Positions 9,746 to 22,860 of a DNA stretch of 64,000 nucleotides are shown here, in pieces. The position numbers were made by a program, and so were the translations under genes. Source of the stretch: Nitrospirota bacterium (GTDB lineage: Bacteria > Nitrospirota > UBA9217); NCBI GenBank assembly GCA_963796285.1, contig CAWCKW010000013.1, forward strand, positions 320,001-384,000, written 5' to 3'. The notes beneath the pieces are model-generated. The model was not told the DNA's origin. It searched no databases and saw only the letters and a program-made list of their open reading frames with translations. Position 1 is the first letter of the stretch. Each line of letters begins with the position of its first letter.

Positions 9746-11004
9746 GCGCCCGATCCCGCTTTCATCATACTGCGGATGAGCTCTTTTACTGTTTCGTCGC
9801 CTTCCTGTTCCAGGTATTCACTGAGCGGCGTTGAAAATCCGAGGGAATGCATGATCTCAAGGACCTGGCGTGACTTATCCTGGAGACCCCGGTCACTGGC
9901 TTTGAGGTTTTTGATGAGTCGGCCGGAGAAATTCGTCTTCTCGATCTCCTCGCAAATGCTGTCTTTCGCATACCCGTCGGCACCCGTCAGTATCTCGAGA
10001 AAAATGTCGAGAGAACGCTCACCGAGAACGGTCAGTGCCTGCGCTGCTTCATTTCGGACCTGCCAGTTATCGTCAAAAATCAGTTTTTCTACTGATGGCG
10101 CGAACGCATCATACCCCAGCGCTCTGATGGACCGTATTGCCTGTAGCCTGACAAACCACACCGGATCCTGAAGCAGGGGAAGGACCAGCTCCGGCAGATT
10201 GTGGACCGCACGGACATTTTCAGTCCGGCCCACCACCTTGAGCGCCTTGCTCCTCACTTCGGCATTCATGCTTGAAAGATACCTGGCGGCCAGGCGGACC
10301 GATCTCGGATCAGCAGGTAATCGGGAAAGAATATCCAGTATGCACGATATGATCCAGAGATTATCCAGTCCCGACTTTTGCTCGACCAGATAGGGGATCG
10401 CGTCCGCGCCAAAATCCTGCAGGGCCATTCCCATGGCCTTGCGCGTCACAATCGACCGGTCAAGGATGACCGGTAATCGCTCGACGATTGCCTGCAATGC
10501 CGCCCGGCCTCCAATTTTACTCAGCGACCGAACGACAACTGAAACGATCTCCGGTTTATTTTCGTCGAGCAGGGCAATGAGTTTTGGAACTGATGATTCG
10601 CTTTTCATCCTGCCAAGCCTGTCGACGCTCAGTGCACGCATCTGGACATTTCCGTAGTCAATGTACTTTTCGTAATACCAAACATAGCCAAGCGTGAAAA
10701 ATAGCGTATGCGCCTCATCCCTGTATCGTTCCTCGTTGATCAGGTGCAGGAGGACGCCCTCGATCGCCTGCCATGCTTCTGAATTCGGGCGCGCGATGAA
10801 CTCGCTCTGCGTGCTCAGCATGGTTCCGGATTCAAGCGACTCACGGATTTTTTTATCGAAGACCTTTCGTAAATGGTCAAGCTTCCGGTATTTCCGTTTT
10901 TTATATACCCTCCGGATGACACTCGTAAGAAACAGGGCAGCAATCAACAGCAGCAGAGCTGCGATCGTCGTTATGATGATTGCTATGATGACCTTATTTT
11001 GCAT
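9742..11004 (-). CDS. Membrane-anchored HEAT-repeat protein
   Basis: N-terminal TM helix then repeats such as DPVWFVRLQAIRSI and DDNWQVRNEAAQAL; stop overlaps GT2 start (ATGA). Confidence 0.85.
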   Translation of the reverse strand: MQNKVIIAIIITTIAALLLLIAALFLTSVIRRVYKKRKYRKLDHLRKVFDKKIRESLESGTMLSTQSEFIARPNSEAWQAIEGVLLHLINEERYRDEAHTLFFTLGYVWYYEKYIDYGNVQMRALSVDRLGRMKSESSVPKLIALLDENKPEIVSVVVRSLSKIGGRAALQAIVERLPVILDRSIVTRKAMGMALQDFGADAIPYLVEQKSGLDNLWIISCILDILSRLPADPRSVRLAARYLSSMNAEVRSKALKVVGRTENVRAVHNLPELVLPLLQDPVWFVRLQAIRSIRALGYDAFAPSVEKLIFDDNWQVRNEAAQALTVLGERSLDIFLEILTGADGYAKDSICEEIEKTNFSGRLIKNLKASDRGLQDKSRQVLEIMHSLGFSTPLSEYLEQEGDETVKELIRSMMKAGSGA

Positions 11005-11066
11005 TATTCACAGTATATTCGGTGTGTGGAATATCGGGTATGGATCCTAAACGCCCGGCAAGAATG

Positions 11067-11771
11067 TCATTGCAGCGCAGGTGTAATCATGCCGTTGTCT
11101 CTAAAGCTGAAATGATCGCAGTCGCCGATGATGATATGATCGAGCACCTGGATGCCGAGCACTTCGCCCGCCTGGACGAGGCGCCGGGTAAGCAGGATGT
11201 CCTCCTGGCTCGGTTTGATATCGCCGCTCGGATGATTGTGGATGAAGATGACTGCCGCTGCCGATTCGCGGACCGCCGCCTTGAAAGTGTCGCGCGGATG
11301 CACGATGGATGCGGACAGGCTGCCGACCGAAATGACCTCTTCGCGGATGATCTTGTTCTTGGTATCCAGCAACGCGCATCGGAAGATCTCTTTCATCAGG
11401 TCCTTCATCCTCGGCCTGTAATACGCGGCAACGTCGCTGCTCGAGCAAAAAGACGCGCCCGCAAGGGAGGGTTTCTGGTGCCGTCTTCCGAGTTCGATGG
11501 CGGCTTTGATCTCCGCTGCCTTGGCCCGGCCGATTCCGTCCACCTCACAGAGTTCCCTGACACCGGCCTGCTCGATGCCGGCAAGGCTGCCAAAGCGCGC
11601 CAGGAGGTCGCGCCCCACGTCTACCGCACTTCGCCCCGCTCTGCCGATCCGAATGATGATCGCAAGGAGCTGAGCTTCCGAGAGCGTTGACGGGCCGTGT
11701 GTTATCAGCCGCTCACGAGGCCGCTCGTCTTCGGGCCAGTTCTTAACGCTCCGGTTCTTTTTTTCGGGCAT
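11067..11771 (-). CDS. radC: RadC/JAB-domain protein
   Basis: ERPRERL, HNHPSGD, DHIIIG. Confidence 0.95.
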   Translation of the reverse strand: MPEKKNRSVKNWPEDERPRERLITHGPSTLSEAQLLAIIIRIGRAGRSAVDVGRDLLARFGSLAGIEQAGVRELCEVDGIGRAKAAEIKAAIELGRRHQKPSLAGASFCSSSDVAAYYRPRMKDLMKEIFRCALLDTKNKIIREEVISVGSLSASIVHPRDTFKAAVRESAAAVIFIHNHPSGDIKPSQEDILLTRRLVQAGEVLGIQVLDHIIIGDCDHFSFRDNGMITPALQ

Positions 11772-11846
11772 GCAGCCTCACTGAATCATCGGTGAAACGT
11801 TCTCTGTGCGGTAAATTATAGAATGGACGCTGGCGCCTGTCAAATG

Positions 11847-11882
11847 AAAAAGGCGGCCCTGTTCAAGCCATGGCCGCCTTTT
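11847..11882 (-). terminator. Rho-independent terminator after rubredoxin
   Basis: AAAAAGGCGGCC...GGCCGCCTTTT inverted repeat with T tracts. Confidence 0.7.
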
Positions 11883-11901
11883 CCCGGAACCTGATGCCGA
11901 C

Positions 11902-12030
11902 TTACATCTTTACAAATGCATCCTTCGGCGCATTGCATACCGGGCAAGCCCAGTCATCAGGAAGGTCTTCAAACTTTTTTCCCTCTTTCGCTTCATCATA
12001 AATATAACCACATACCGTGCATCTCCACAT
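11902..12030 (-). CDS. Rubredoxin (42 aa)
   Basis: [42 protein letters not shown]; two CxxC motifs; GGAGG upstream; below ORF-track cutoff. Confidence 0.95.
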   Translation of the reverse strand: MWRCTVCGYIYDEAKEGKKFEDLPDDWACPVCNAPKDAFVKM

Positions 12031-12070
12031 GATAACCTCCTTAAGGCATCGTTATTTTATCGCGAGGTGC

Positions 12071-13327
12071 TTATTCAGGGCTTGATGGCCTGCATTTCAT
12101 GGGCTGACTGCCGTTGAATTGTTTGTGGTACACAATAGTTTTTTCCGCAAACTGTTTCCCGAATTCAAAACACTTCTTCTCGTCCTCGGGAGCCGGTCGA
12201 TACAGGACCTCAACGCCGGGTTCAACCGCCTCCAACCCCATCCTTTTGAACTCGGCATAGGCCTCTTTGACCGCGCCGCCGCCCCATCCAAAGCTCCCAA
12301 AGGCCCCGGCCAGACGGTTCTTGGGCCGGAGTCCCCTGAGGTGCGTCAGGAACTCGGCAACGCTCGGAAACATGATATTGTTCAGCGTCGGCGTGCCTAC
12401 CAGCATGGCGCGTGACTCCCAGACCCTCTTGATCGCAATGCTCATGGGGGTGGACCGGAGCTTGAGCACTTCCACGTCGATGCCCGTGGACTTGATCCCC
12501 TCCATGATCGGGATCGTCATATGTTCGGTGCTGTGCCACATGGTGTCGTAGATGATCACGACGCGCAGGTCCGCCTTGTCGTTCGCCATGTCGAGATACA
12601 TCTGGAGTATCTTCGCCGGGTCTTTCCTCCAAATGATGCCGTGGTCAGGCGCGATCATATCGATTTCGAGTCCCAGCTTCCGGACCTCAGCGAGCTTGTT
12701 CTTCACGAGGGTGCCGAACGGCATCAGGATGTTCGCATAATAGTCCCGCACCGCGTGCTCCAGCGCGGTGACCGAATACTGGTCGCAGTATTCATCGTCG
12801 AACCTCGCGGATGTGGCCAGGTGCTGGCCAAAGGCATCCTGACTGATCAGAAGCTTATCTTCCTTCACATAGCTCATCATCGAATCCGGCCAGTGAAGCA
12901 TCGGCGTTTCGAGGAAGGTAATGGTCTTGGAGCCCGTGTTGAGCGTGTCCCCGGTCTTGACGATCCTGAACCGCCATTTCGAGGTGTCGAAGAACCGGTC
13001 GAGTCCTTTTTTACCGCGCGCGGTGATATGGATCAGGGCCTGAGGCGTGAGTTCCATGATCCGGTCGATGCTCGACATATGGTCGTTCTCGATGTGGTTG
13101 ATCACCACGTTCTCGATCTTCGCGGGGTCAACAAGGCCCTTGATACTGTCGACCGTATATTCGCAGAAATCATGCTTTACCGTATCGACAAGCGTCACGT
13201 GCTCGTCGAGGATGAGATAGTTATTGTATGATGTGCCGTGAGGCGTTACATATCCGTGAAAATCGCGCACCGCCCAGTCTATTGCTCCGACCCAGAAGAT
13301 GCCGGGTTTTATCTTTACTGCGCCCAT
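12071..13327 (-). CDS. fprA: Flavodiiron protein (rubredoxin:oxygen/NO oxidoreductase)
   Basis: HIENDH, HWPD, DAFGQH, PDHG diiron ligands plus C-terminal flavodoxin domain (GSFGWGG). Confidence 0.93.
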   Translation of the reverse strand: MGAVKIKPGIFWVGAIDWAVRDFHGYVTPHGTSYNNYLILDEHVTLVDTVKHDFCEYTVDSIKGLVDPAKIENVVINHIENDHMSSIDRIMELTPQALIHITARGKKGLDRFFDTSKWRFRIVKTGDTLNTGSKTITFLETPMLHWPDSMMSYVKEDKLLISQDAFGQHLATSARFDDEYCDQYSVTALEHAVRDYYANILMPFGTLVKNKLAEVRKLGLEIDMIAPDHGIIWRKDPAKILQMYLDMANDKADLRVVIIYDTMWHSTEHMTIPIMEGIKSTGIDVEVLKLRSTPMSIAIKRVWESRAMLVGTPTLNNIMFPSVAEFLTHLRGLRPKNRLAGAFGSFGWGGGAVKEAYAEFKRMGLEAVEPGVEVLYRPAPEDEKKCFEFGKQFAEKTIVYHKQFNGSQPMKCRPSSPE

Positions 13328-13384
13328 GAAAACCTCCTCGTAAAGTATATCATGCCAGTCGGGAAAAATCGTTTTCGGAAGAGT

Positions 13385-13810
13385 TTATCCAGACTTCCCC
13401 TTCGTTTTGCATCGGGAACAGTGGCCGTAAAACGAAATATGGTTTCCCAGAAGAGTATAATCCCGCGCCATATCTCCCGGCAGGTCGACGGCGATCCCCG
13501 CGGGGATGTCCACGATCTTACGACACAGGACACACATGAGATGGTGATGGCTGCTGGTGTCCGGATCGTAGCGCTTTCTCTCGGGATCAATGGTGAGTTC
13601 GCGCAGGGCGCCCGCCTGGGCAAGCGTATTCAGTGTATTATATACTGTCGCGACCGACAGGGACCGGTACTGTATCGACACGGCCCGATAGATCTCCTCC
13701 GCCGAGGGGTGGGAGGTGTTCCCCTCCAGGTAGTCGAGGATCGCGAGCCGTTGCGGGGTGCGCTTGAACCGGGTCCCCAACTCCCTTTTCTGAAAATATT
13801 TTGTGCGCAT
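13385..13810 (-). CDS. perR: Fur-family regulator, PerR-like
   Basis: TPQRLAIL, HPSAEEIY, ATVYNTL, HHHLMCVLC, C-terminal CxxC; directly upstream of fprA-rubredoxin. Confidence 0.8.
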   Translation of the reverse strand: MRTKYFQKRELGTRFKRTPQRLAILDYLEGNTSHPSAEEIYRAVSIQYRSLSVATVYNTLNTLAQAGALRELTIDPERKRYDPDTSSHHHLMCVLCRKIVDIPAGIAVDLPGDMARDYTLLGNHISFYGHCSRCKTKGKSG

Positions 13811-13815
13811 ATTAT

Positions 13816-13852
13816 TTAGAATCAATATAAATTATGAGCAGGGAGCTGTCAA
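13816..13852 (-). promoter_or_regulatory. Sigma70 promoter overlapped by Per-box-like site
   Basis: TTGACA (13852-13847), 17 nt, TATATT (13829-13824); TTAGAATCAATATAA (13816-13830) has two mismatches to TTATAATNATTATAA. Confidence 0.65.
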
Positions 13853-13922
13853 GGTTTATTCCGGTCCTCTTCTGCCTGCAAACGTCAGCCAGGCCGGACA
13901 CGGCAATCCGTTCCCTCCAATG

Positions 13923-13952
13923 AAAAAAAGGCAGCCCGGAGGCTGCCTTTTT
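13923..13952 (-). terminator. Terminator of atp operon
   Basis: AAAAAAAGGCAGCC-CGGA-GGCTGCCTTTTT. Confidence 0.85.
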
Positions 13953-13979
13953 GAAATAAGCTGCAAGAGCACATAGGTA

Positions 13980-14405
13980 TTATTTCTGTCCGTGCTGCTC
14001 CGCCACCTGTATCCTGATCATTGCCCGGAGCAGATCGATGCGGGCCTTGTCGTAGTCCTTCTGCTCCAGTTTGTCGCTCAGCGCTTTCTCGGCGCGTTCT
14101 TTGATGATCCGTTCCTCGGTGAGGTCGATATCGGACGCGCGGTCCGCGCCTTCAGCGAGTATGGTGACATGGTCCGCAACGACTTCCGCATACCCCCAAT
14201 CTACGGCAAGGTAGTGCCACTGCGTGCCCTCGCGATAAGAGAGCATGCCGACTTTAAGCGTGGTGAGAAAGGATGTGTGGCCCGGCAGCACGCCGAACTC
14301 GCCTTCACTGCCCGGAGCTATAATTTCATCCACGCGCTCCGAGCGGACCACCTGACGGCTGGGCGCAACGATCTCAAGGAGCATTTTCCCTTTTTCTGCA
14401 ACCAT
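13980..14405 (-). CDS. atpC: ATP synthase F1 epsilon
   Basis: PGSEGEFGVLPGH motif; position after atpD; start uncertain. Confidence 0.93.
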   Translation of the reverse strand: MVAEKGKMLLEIVAPSRQVVRSERVDEIIAPGSEGEFGVLPGHTSFLTTLKVGMLSYREGTQWHYLAVDWGYAEVVADHVTILAEGADRASDIDLTEERIIKERAEKALSDKLEQKDYDKARIDLLRAMIRIQVAEQHGQK

Positions 14406-14467
14406 TGTCTTTTTCCGATCCTCGTTACTCAATTTCGTTCAAATGGACGATATTGGTTCCGTGCTGG

Positions 14468-16008
<1,541 letters not shown>

Positions 16009-16010
16009 AG

Positions 16011-16877
16011 TTATTTCTGTGCTTCCGCGCCTCCGACGATCTCGGATATTTCCTTGGTGATCGCGGCCTGGCGCTGCTTGTTGAACTTGAGCGTAAGCCG
16101 TTCGATCATGTCCTTCGCATTCCGCGTGGCCGAATCCATGGCGGTCATGCGCGAGCCCATTTCACTCGCCTGGCTTTCAAGCATCGCACGGTATACCTGC
16201 ACCTCAACGTGCTTCTGCAGGATCGAGCTTAAGATAGCTTCGGCCGACGGCTCGTACAGATAATCGACAGCGGCCGTGAACGGGTCCGCCTCGGCAGGCG
16301 GTTCCACGGGCAGGAGCTTCTCGAGGGTGACCTTCTGCTGCATCACGCTCTTGAACTCGTTGTAGAGCAGGTACACTTCATCGGTCTCGCCCGCTGCAAA
16401 ACGCTCGACGATGTTTTTTCCCACATCGGCGGCCTTCTCATAGTCGATCATGCCGAGTTCCGACCACACTTTGCCCAGGGTATACACGGAACGCTTGCGG
16501 AAGAAGTCGCGTCCTTTGCGGCCCACGACATTCACCTTCACTTCCTTGCCCTCGGCCTTTAACTGCTTGACCGTCTCGACGGCTTTGCGCAATATATTGG
16601 TATTGTAGGCGCCGCAGAGCCCCCGGTCGGACGTAAGCACAAGAAGCTTGACCTGCTTCGGCTCGCGCTTGGCCAGAAGCGGATGCTGCGCCCGCTCAAC
16701 GCGGCTCGCGAGGTTCGCGATCACGGCCAGCATCTTGCGCGAATACGGACGAGCGGCGATCACGCGGTCCTGCGCGCGACGGAGCTTGGCAGCCGCGACC
16801 ATCTTCATGGCCTTGGTGATCTGCTGGGTCTTCTTGACGCTCGTTATTTTTCTTTTAATGTCTCTTAAGCTGGGCAT
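16011..16877 (-). CDS. atpG: ATP synthase F1 gamma
   Basis: ITKAMKMVAAAK, DRGLCG, RQAAITKEISEI. Confidence 0.98.
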   Translation of the reverse strand: MPSLRDIKRKITSVKKTQQITKAMKMVAAAKLRRAQDRVIAARPYSRKMLAVIANLASRVERAQHPLLAKREPKQVKLLVLTSDRGLCGAYNTNILRKAVETVKQLKAEGKEVKVNVVGRKGRDFFRKRSVYTLGKVWSELGMIDYEKAADVGKNIVERFAAGETDEVYLLYNEFKSVMQQKVTLEKLLPVEPPAEADPFTAAVDYLYEPSAEAILSSILQKHVEVQVYRAMLESQASEMGSRMTAMDSATRNAKDMIERLTLKFNKQRQAAITKEISEIVGGAEAQK

Positions 16878-16889
16878 CAGTACCTACTT

Positions 16890-17003
16890 TGAGTTTCAAG
16901 TTTCAAGTCTCAGGTTTCAAGTCTCAGGTATTCAAGTTTCAGAGTCTGCAAGTTTCAACTCTCAGCTTTGAACGTGAGACTTGAGACTATAAACTTGAGA
17001 CTA
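16890..17003. repeat. Intergenic period-7 inverted repeat (TTTCAAG / CTTGAGA type)
   Basis: tttcaag tttcaag tctcagg tttcaag tctcagg ... gtgagac ttgagac tataaac ttgagac. Confidence 0.85.
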
Positions 17004-18603
<1,600 letters not shown>

Positions 18604-18607
18604 CTTA

Positions 18608-19144
18608 TTAGTTCATCAATTGACTGCGCATCTTGGCGAGCTGGTTCTTGATCGTCCCATCGTAGACCGTGCTTCCGATCTGTGCCTTGGCCCCGCCGAT
18701 CAGGGACGCATCCACCTGTGCATCGACGTCAACCTGCTTGCCGGTGAGCGCCTCAAGCTTCTTCTTAATGTCCGCAAGGTCGGCCGGGCTGATGGCCGCC
18801 GCGGTCGTCAACCGTGCCATTGCGCGATTCGTGCGCTCCGCCAGGATCTCCAGGAACGCCTCATACACGTCCTTGATATACCTGATCCTGCCCGTTTCAG
18901 CCAAATGCTCCACAAACCGCTGCGTGGTCGGCTGCATGCCGAGCTTGCCCGCAAGTTCCTTGATGACCGCCTTCTTATTCTCGGGGGTGAACACAGGGCT
19001 TGCCAAAAGCTTCTGCAGGGCCGGCAGGGAATCCACCGCTCCGACAAACGCGGCAAGGTCGGCCCTGGCCTTGTCAACGGTCTTCTTTTCCTCGGCAAGC
19101 TGCACGAGGGCCTTTGCGTATCTTTTTGCGATGATCCGAATCAA
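18608..19144 (-). CDS. atpH: ATP synthase F1 delta
   Basis: IAKRYAKAL, DASLIGG, YDGTIK. Confidence 0.95.
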   Translation of the reverse strand: MIRIIAKRYAKALVQLAEEKKTVDKARADLAAFVGAVDSLPALQKLLASPVFTPENKKAVIKELAGKLGMQPTTQRFVEHLAETGRIRYIKDVYEAFLEILAERTNRAMARLTTAAAISPADLADIKKKLEALTGKQVDVDAQVDASLIGGAKAQIGSTVYDGTIKNQLAKMRSQLMN

Positions 19145-19730
19145 GCCCGGCCTCCCACTTTGGAAATATATTCCTTCACAATGCGCTCATGGTCCTGATT
19201 GCTGATCTTCGCTTTAATGTTGCCTTCCGCAAGTTCGAGGGAAAGGAGCGATGCCTCGGTTGCGAGCGCGGACTTGGCCTTCTGAAGCTCGAGCTCGATG
19301 CCCTGCTTCACCTGGGCCTGAACGTCCTGGGCAACCTTCCGGCCTTCTTCAATGAGGGCCTGCTTGTCCTTCTCAGCCGCGGGCCTGGGCGTCGGCGACC
19401 ATGCCCTTCGTCTCCGCCTCCATCTCCGGATCTTCCGTTCCATTTCCGCCAGGGCGGCCACGGCGCGCTCCCGGGTTTCCTTGGAATCCTGCAGGGCTTT
19501 TGCGATCTCGGCGGACCGGTTTGCAAAGAAATCACGGACGGGCTTTCTCCGAAATAAACGACAACCGACGCGATGATGGCAAAATTGACCAGCCGCGGCA
19601 GCCAGTCTCCCATGAAGGTCATCGCTCTTCATGGCCGCCTTCCGCGGCTTCTTCGGCGAACGCGATCGCCGCGAACACAAGCGTTCCCGCCAGGCAGAAT
19701 ACTGCGATAGATTTTTTTCAGGCTATTCAT
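19141..19730 (-). CDS. atpF: ATP synthase F0 subunit b (several frameshifts in this sequence)
   Basis: Pieces in different frames: ATG at 19730, RLVNFAII TM segment, KPVRDFFANRSAEI, C-terminal DHERIVKEYISKV; position between b' and delta. Confidence 0.85.
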
Positions 19731-19766
19731 GATTTTTTTTATCTCAACTTCGCTCCTTCATCGCTT

Positions 19767-20192
19767 CTACACCGCCCTTCCGAGCAGCTTGGAGGTAATT
19801 TCCTGCGACAGCCGCTCCGCCTCTTGCCTGAGGTCGGCGCGGGCGGCCGCGGACGCCGCCGCGATCTCTTTCCGCGCCTTGTCCAGCAATTCGGTCGCCT
19901 TGTCGCGCTCCGCGGAGATCATGTCACGCTGGGCGTCGAGGCCCTGCTGATAAACAGTGTTGTAGGTTGTTGCGGCCTTTTGCTTTGCCTCGGCCAGAGA
20001 TGCATTGTACCGCTCCAGGATGGCCTGCATGTGCTCCTGCGCGGCCTTGGCATCGCCCAGTGCGGAACTGATTCCCTGCTCACGCTCCAGCATGATCTGC
20101 CGGATGGGCTTAAAGAGGATGAAATTAAGCACGATAAGCAGCACGAGGAAGTTGGCGAGCTGCCAAAGGAGTGTGATGTTAATGTCTATCAT
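19767..20192 (-). CDS. ATP synthase F0 subunit b'
   Basis: WQLANFLVLLIVLNFILFKPI TM followed by coiled coil. Confidence 0.9.
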   Translation of the reverse strand: MIDINITLLWQLANFLVLLIVLNFILFKPIRQIMLEREQGISSALGDAKAAQEHMQAILERYNASLAEAKQKAATTYNTVYQQGLDAQRDMISAERDKATELLDKARKEIAAASAAARADLRQEAERLSQEITSKLLGRAV

Positions 20193-20526
20193 AAGTGCGA
20201 GCGCCTCTTCTGTTCAGCAGAGAAAGGGAAATTAACGTTCTGAAGTCTAAAAAAATTATCACAACGTCCCACACTTGTCAAGAATTTTGCCTATTAATAA
20301 TATAAATGAGCGCCGGGTTTTTGGTTATAGAAAAAATTGCAGTGCACGCGGGAAGAACGTGGAGCTCTCGGCCGGCAGCGGGAAAACGGATGACGAAGCG
20401 GTGCCGAGAAGACTGCTCACAGCACCGGGTACAGGAGGTCCCGTGTCTCGTTGGCCTTCCTTGATAAATTCCGGGACAGACCGTCAACCACAAAGAAACA
20501 TTTTTTCATACTCGTCGCGAACGCAG

Positions 20527-21168
20527 TTACACCTGCGGCTTCATCTTCAGCGCCAGCGCGATGATCGTGTCCGCAGCCGGCTCAAACCCCGTTGCCTGGG
20601 CATCCAGGCAGAGGTGGTAGTTCCTGGCATCGTACCAGTCCTTCTCCGTCCTGGTCCGGAGATATTCCTCCCGACGATGGTCGGATTCGTCTATTTCTGC
20701 GAGCGCCTGTTCTGCAGAAAGCGAATGGAATTTTTTCAGTCGCGCGATCCGAAAATCCTTCGGAGCATGGATATATACGTTGAATACATGCGGCCGTCCG
20801 CGCAACACGCTGAAGCCTGCATGACCTACGATCACCGCATCATGGCTTTCAGCGATCTGTCGGATAATGCGGCACTCGGTATTGAACAGTTCCTCATCAT
20901 ACACAGGCCTCCGGGACGGCGGGACATAGAGCGTTTCCGGAGTGCCGACGACAAAGCTCTTTATTATGCTCTCGATAAATCCGCTCTTCTTTTCGTCCTG
21001 GCTCGAGATCTCCTTGATGTCGACGCCAAGGTCCCGTGCCGCGATATAGAGCACTTCCCGCTCAATGTATCGGCAGCCGAGCTTTCTGGCGACAAGGTGA
21101 CCGATATACGCGCCGCCGCTCGCCAACTGCCTGGAAATAGTGATCACTGTTTTTTGATCATTCGTCAT
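20527..21168 (-). CDS. Cytidylate kinase-like family protein
   Basis: VITISRQLASGG, AVIVGH, VYIHAP, YHLCLD. Confidence 0.85.
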   Translation of the reverse strand: MTNDQKTVITISRQLASGGAYIGHLVARKLGCRYIEREVLYIAARDLGVDIKEISSQDEKKSGFIESIIKSFVVGTPETLYVPPSRRPVYDEELFNTECRIIRQIAESHDAVIVGHAGFSVLRGRPHVFNVYIHAPKDFRIARLKKFHSLSAEQALAEIDESDHRREEYLRTRTEKDWYDARNYHLCLDAQATGFEPAADTIIALALKMKPQV

Positions 21169-21267
21169 GTGTGCCTCCCTTTACGCAAACCCGACAAGCC
21201 ATACTTCCCTCCGCAACGTTTGCGAGAGACAGCCTTTAGTTTTTTGCTTTTCTCTGCGACTCTCTTG

Positions 21268-22815
21268 CTACTCAGCCACGATCTCCACGACTCCTTCCCG
21301 TTTCTTCTGCGACTTCAGGAGAAAGACAAAGGGCAAAGAAATGATGAACAGGATCGTGACCAGCAGATACATGTAATTATACGCCATCATCCCCGCCTGG
21401 CGCGAAACCTCTCCGTCCATAAGAGTAAGTGCCATCTGCCGGGCGGTAGCCGGATCTGCCCCCTGGCCCTGCATGCCACCGGTTACGGTTCCGATCCATT
21501 GCGTGCCGACCTGGCTGTATTCGGTCACCTTCTCGGCCAGGAGCGCGTGATACCCCGTCATCGCTTTGGTAAGCTGCGAGGCGGCTATGGCGATGCCGAT
21601 GCTCGCAAAGACCTGGCGCACTACGTTATAGAGCCCGGCTGCGGCGGTCATACTCTGTTTATTGATCGTGGAAAGCGCCGCAGTGCTGAGCGCGACGAAG
21701 ATCAGGCCGAATCCCGCGCCCTGCAGGAGCTGCGGCACTATAAAATCCAGAATCCCGACGTTCAGCGAGAGGCGCGAAAGCTGATAGAACGACAGGGCGG
21801 TCACGAGCAATCCGCTCCCGATCAGCGCGCGCGGTCCCAGCTTGTTGTACAGCCTGCCGCCGACGGGCATGGCCACTGCCATGGCAAGGCTCCGGGGCAT
21901 CAGCGCAATGCCGGAATCCAGCGCCGGATAGCCGAGGAGCTGCTGCAGGAACATGGGGAGCAGGAAGAGGCTGCCGAACAACCCCATGCCGAGCAGGCCG
22001 CCGATGAACGATCCCGACGCGAAGTTGACATCCTTCAGCATCCGGAGGTCCACGGCGGGCTTCTCGCAGGTCAGTTCACGCCAGACAAAGAGCGCCATTG
22101 CCGTGAGGGAAACGATCATCAGGCCCCGGATCATATCCGATTCGAACCAGGCCTCACGCTCTCCCCGCTCGAGCAGAAGCTGGAGCGCACCCAGGCCCGC
22201 GACCATGAAACCGAGGCCGAGGAAGTCAATTTTCCCTTTTTCCCGAACGAGGTAGGACGGGTCCTTGATGTTCCTCATGACCATCAAAATATTGATAATG
22301 CCGAAGGGCACGTTGATGAAGAATATCCAGGGCCAGGAATAGTGGTCCGTGAGCCAGCCGCCGAGGGTCGGACCGAAGGCCGGGCCCAGAACAACGCCGA
22401 ATCCGAAAAGTCCCATGGCCTTCCCCTGCTCTTCAGGCGGAAAGGTTTCCCGCAGGATCGCCTGGGAAACGGGGATCAGCACGCCGCCGCCGATGCCCTG
22501 GATCACGCGAAAGACGACCATGGAGGTGAGGTCCCAGGCAATGCCGCAGAGCATGGAGCTTATTGTGAAGCTGACGATGCTGAAGAGGTAGAAGTTCTTC
22601 CGGCCGTACCGTGCGCTCAGCATGCCCACAATGGGCATACTGATGACGCTCGCCAGGATATATCCAGTGGCGACCCAGGTGATCTCCTCGACGGACGCAC
22701 CGAGGGAACCGCGCATGTACGGCAGCGCCACATTGATAATGCTCGAATCCAGCGCGGCCATGATGGTGCCGAGCATCACCGTGAGCGTGATGATCCATTT
22801 ATCCGATTTCGCCAT
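21268..22815 (-). CDS. DHA2/EmrB-family MFS efflux permease
   Basis: LDSSIINVALP, GPAFGPTLGGWLTDHYSWPWIFFINVPFG; many TM helices. Confidence 0.93.
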   Translation of the reverse strand: MAKSDKWIITLTVMLGTIMAALDSSIINVALPYMRGSLGASVEEITWVATGYILASVISMPIVGMLSARYGRKNFYLFSIVSFTISSMLCGIAWDLTSMVVFRVIQGIGGGVLIPVSQAILRETFPPEEQGKAMGLFGFGVVLGPAFGPTLGGWLTDHYSWPWIFFINVPFGIINILMVMRNIKDPSYLVREKGKIDFLGLGFMVAGLGALQLLLERGEREAWFESDMIRGLMIVSLTAMALFVWRELTCEKPAVDLRMLKDVNFASGSFIGGLLGMGLFGSLFLLPMFLQQLLGYPALDSGIALMPRSLAMAVAMPVGGRLYNKLGPRALIGSGLLVTALSFYQLSRLSLNVGILDFIVPQLLQGAGFGLIFVALSTAALSTINKQSMTAAAGLYNVVRQVFASIGIAIAASQLTKAMTGYHALLAEKVTEYSQVGTQWIGTVTGGMQGQGADPATARQMALTLMDGEVSRQAGMMAYNYMYLLVTILFIISLPFVFLLKSQKKREGVVEIVAE

Positions 22816-22860
22816 GTCGTGTTGTTGGTTCCTTAAATTCTAATCAAAGGTCAAAGCTTT

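Noticed and set aside
20275-22836. 853-aa plus-strand ORF
   Set aside because: Antisense shadow of emrB and the cmk-like gene; no motifs; long shadows are common in GC-rich DNA.
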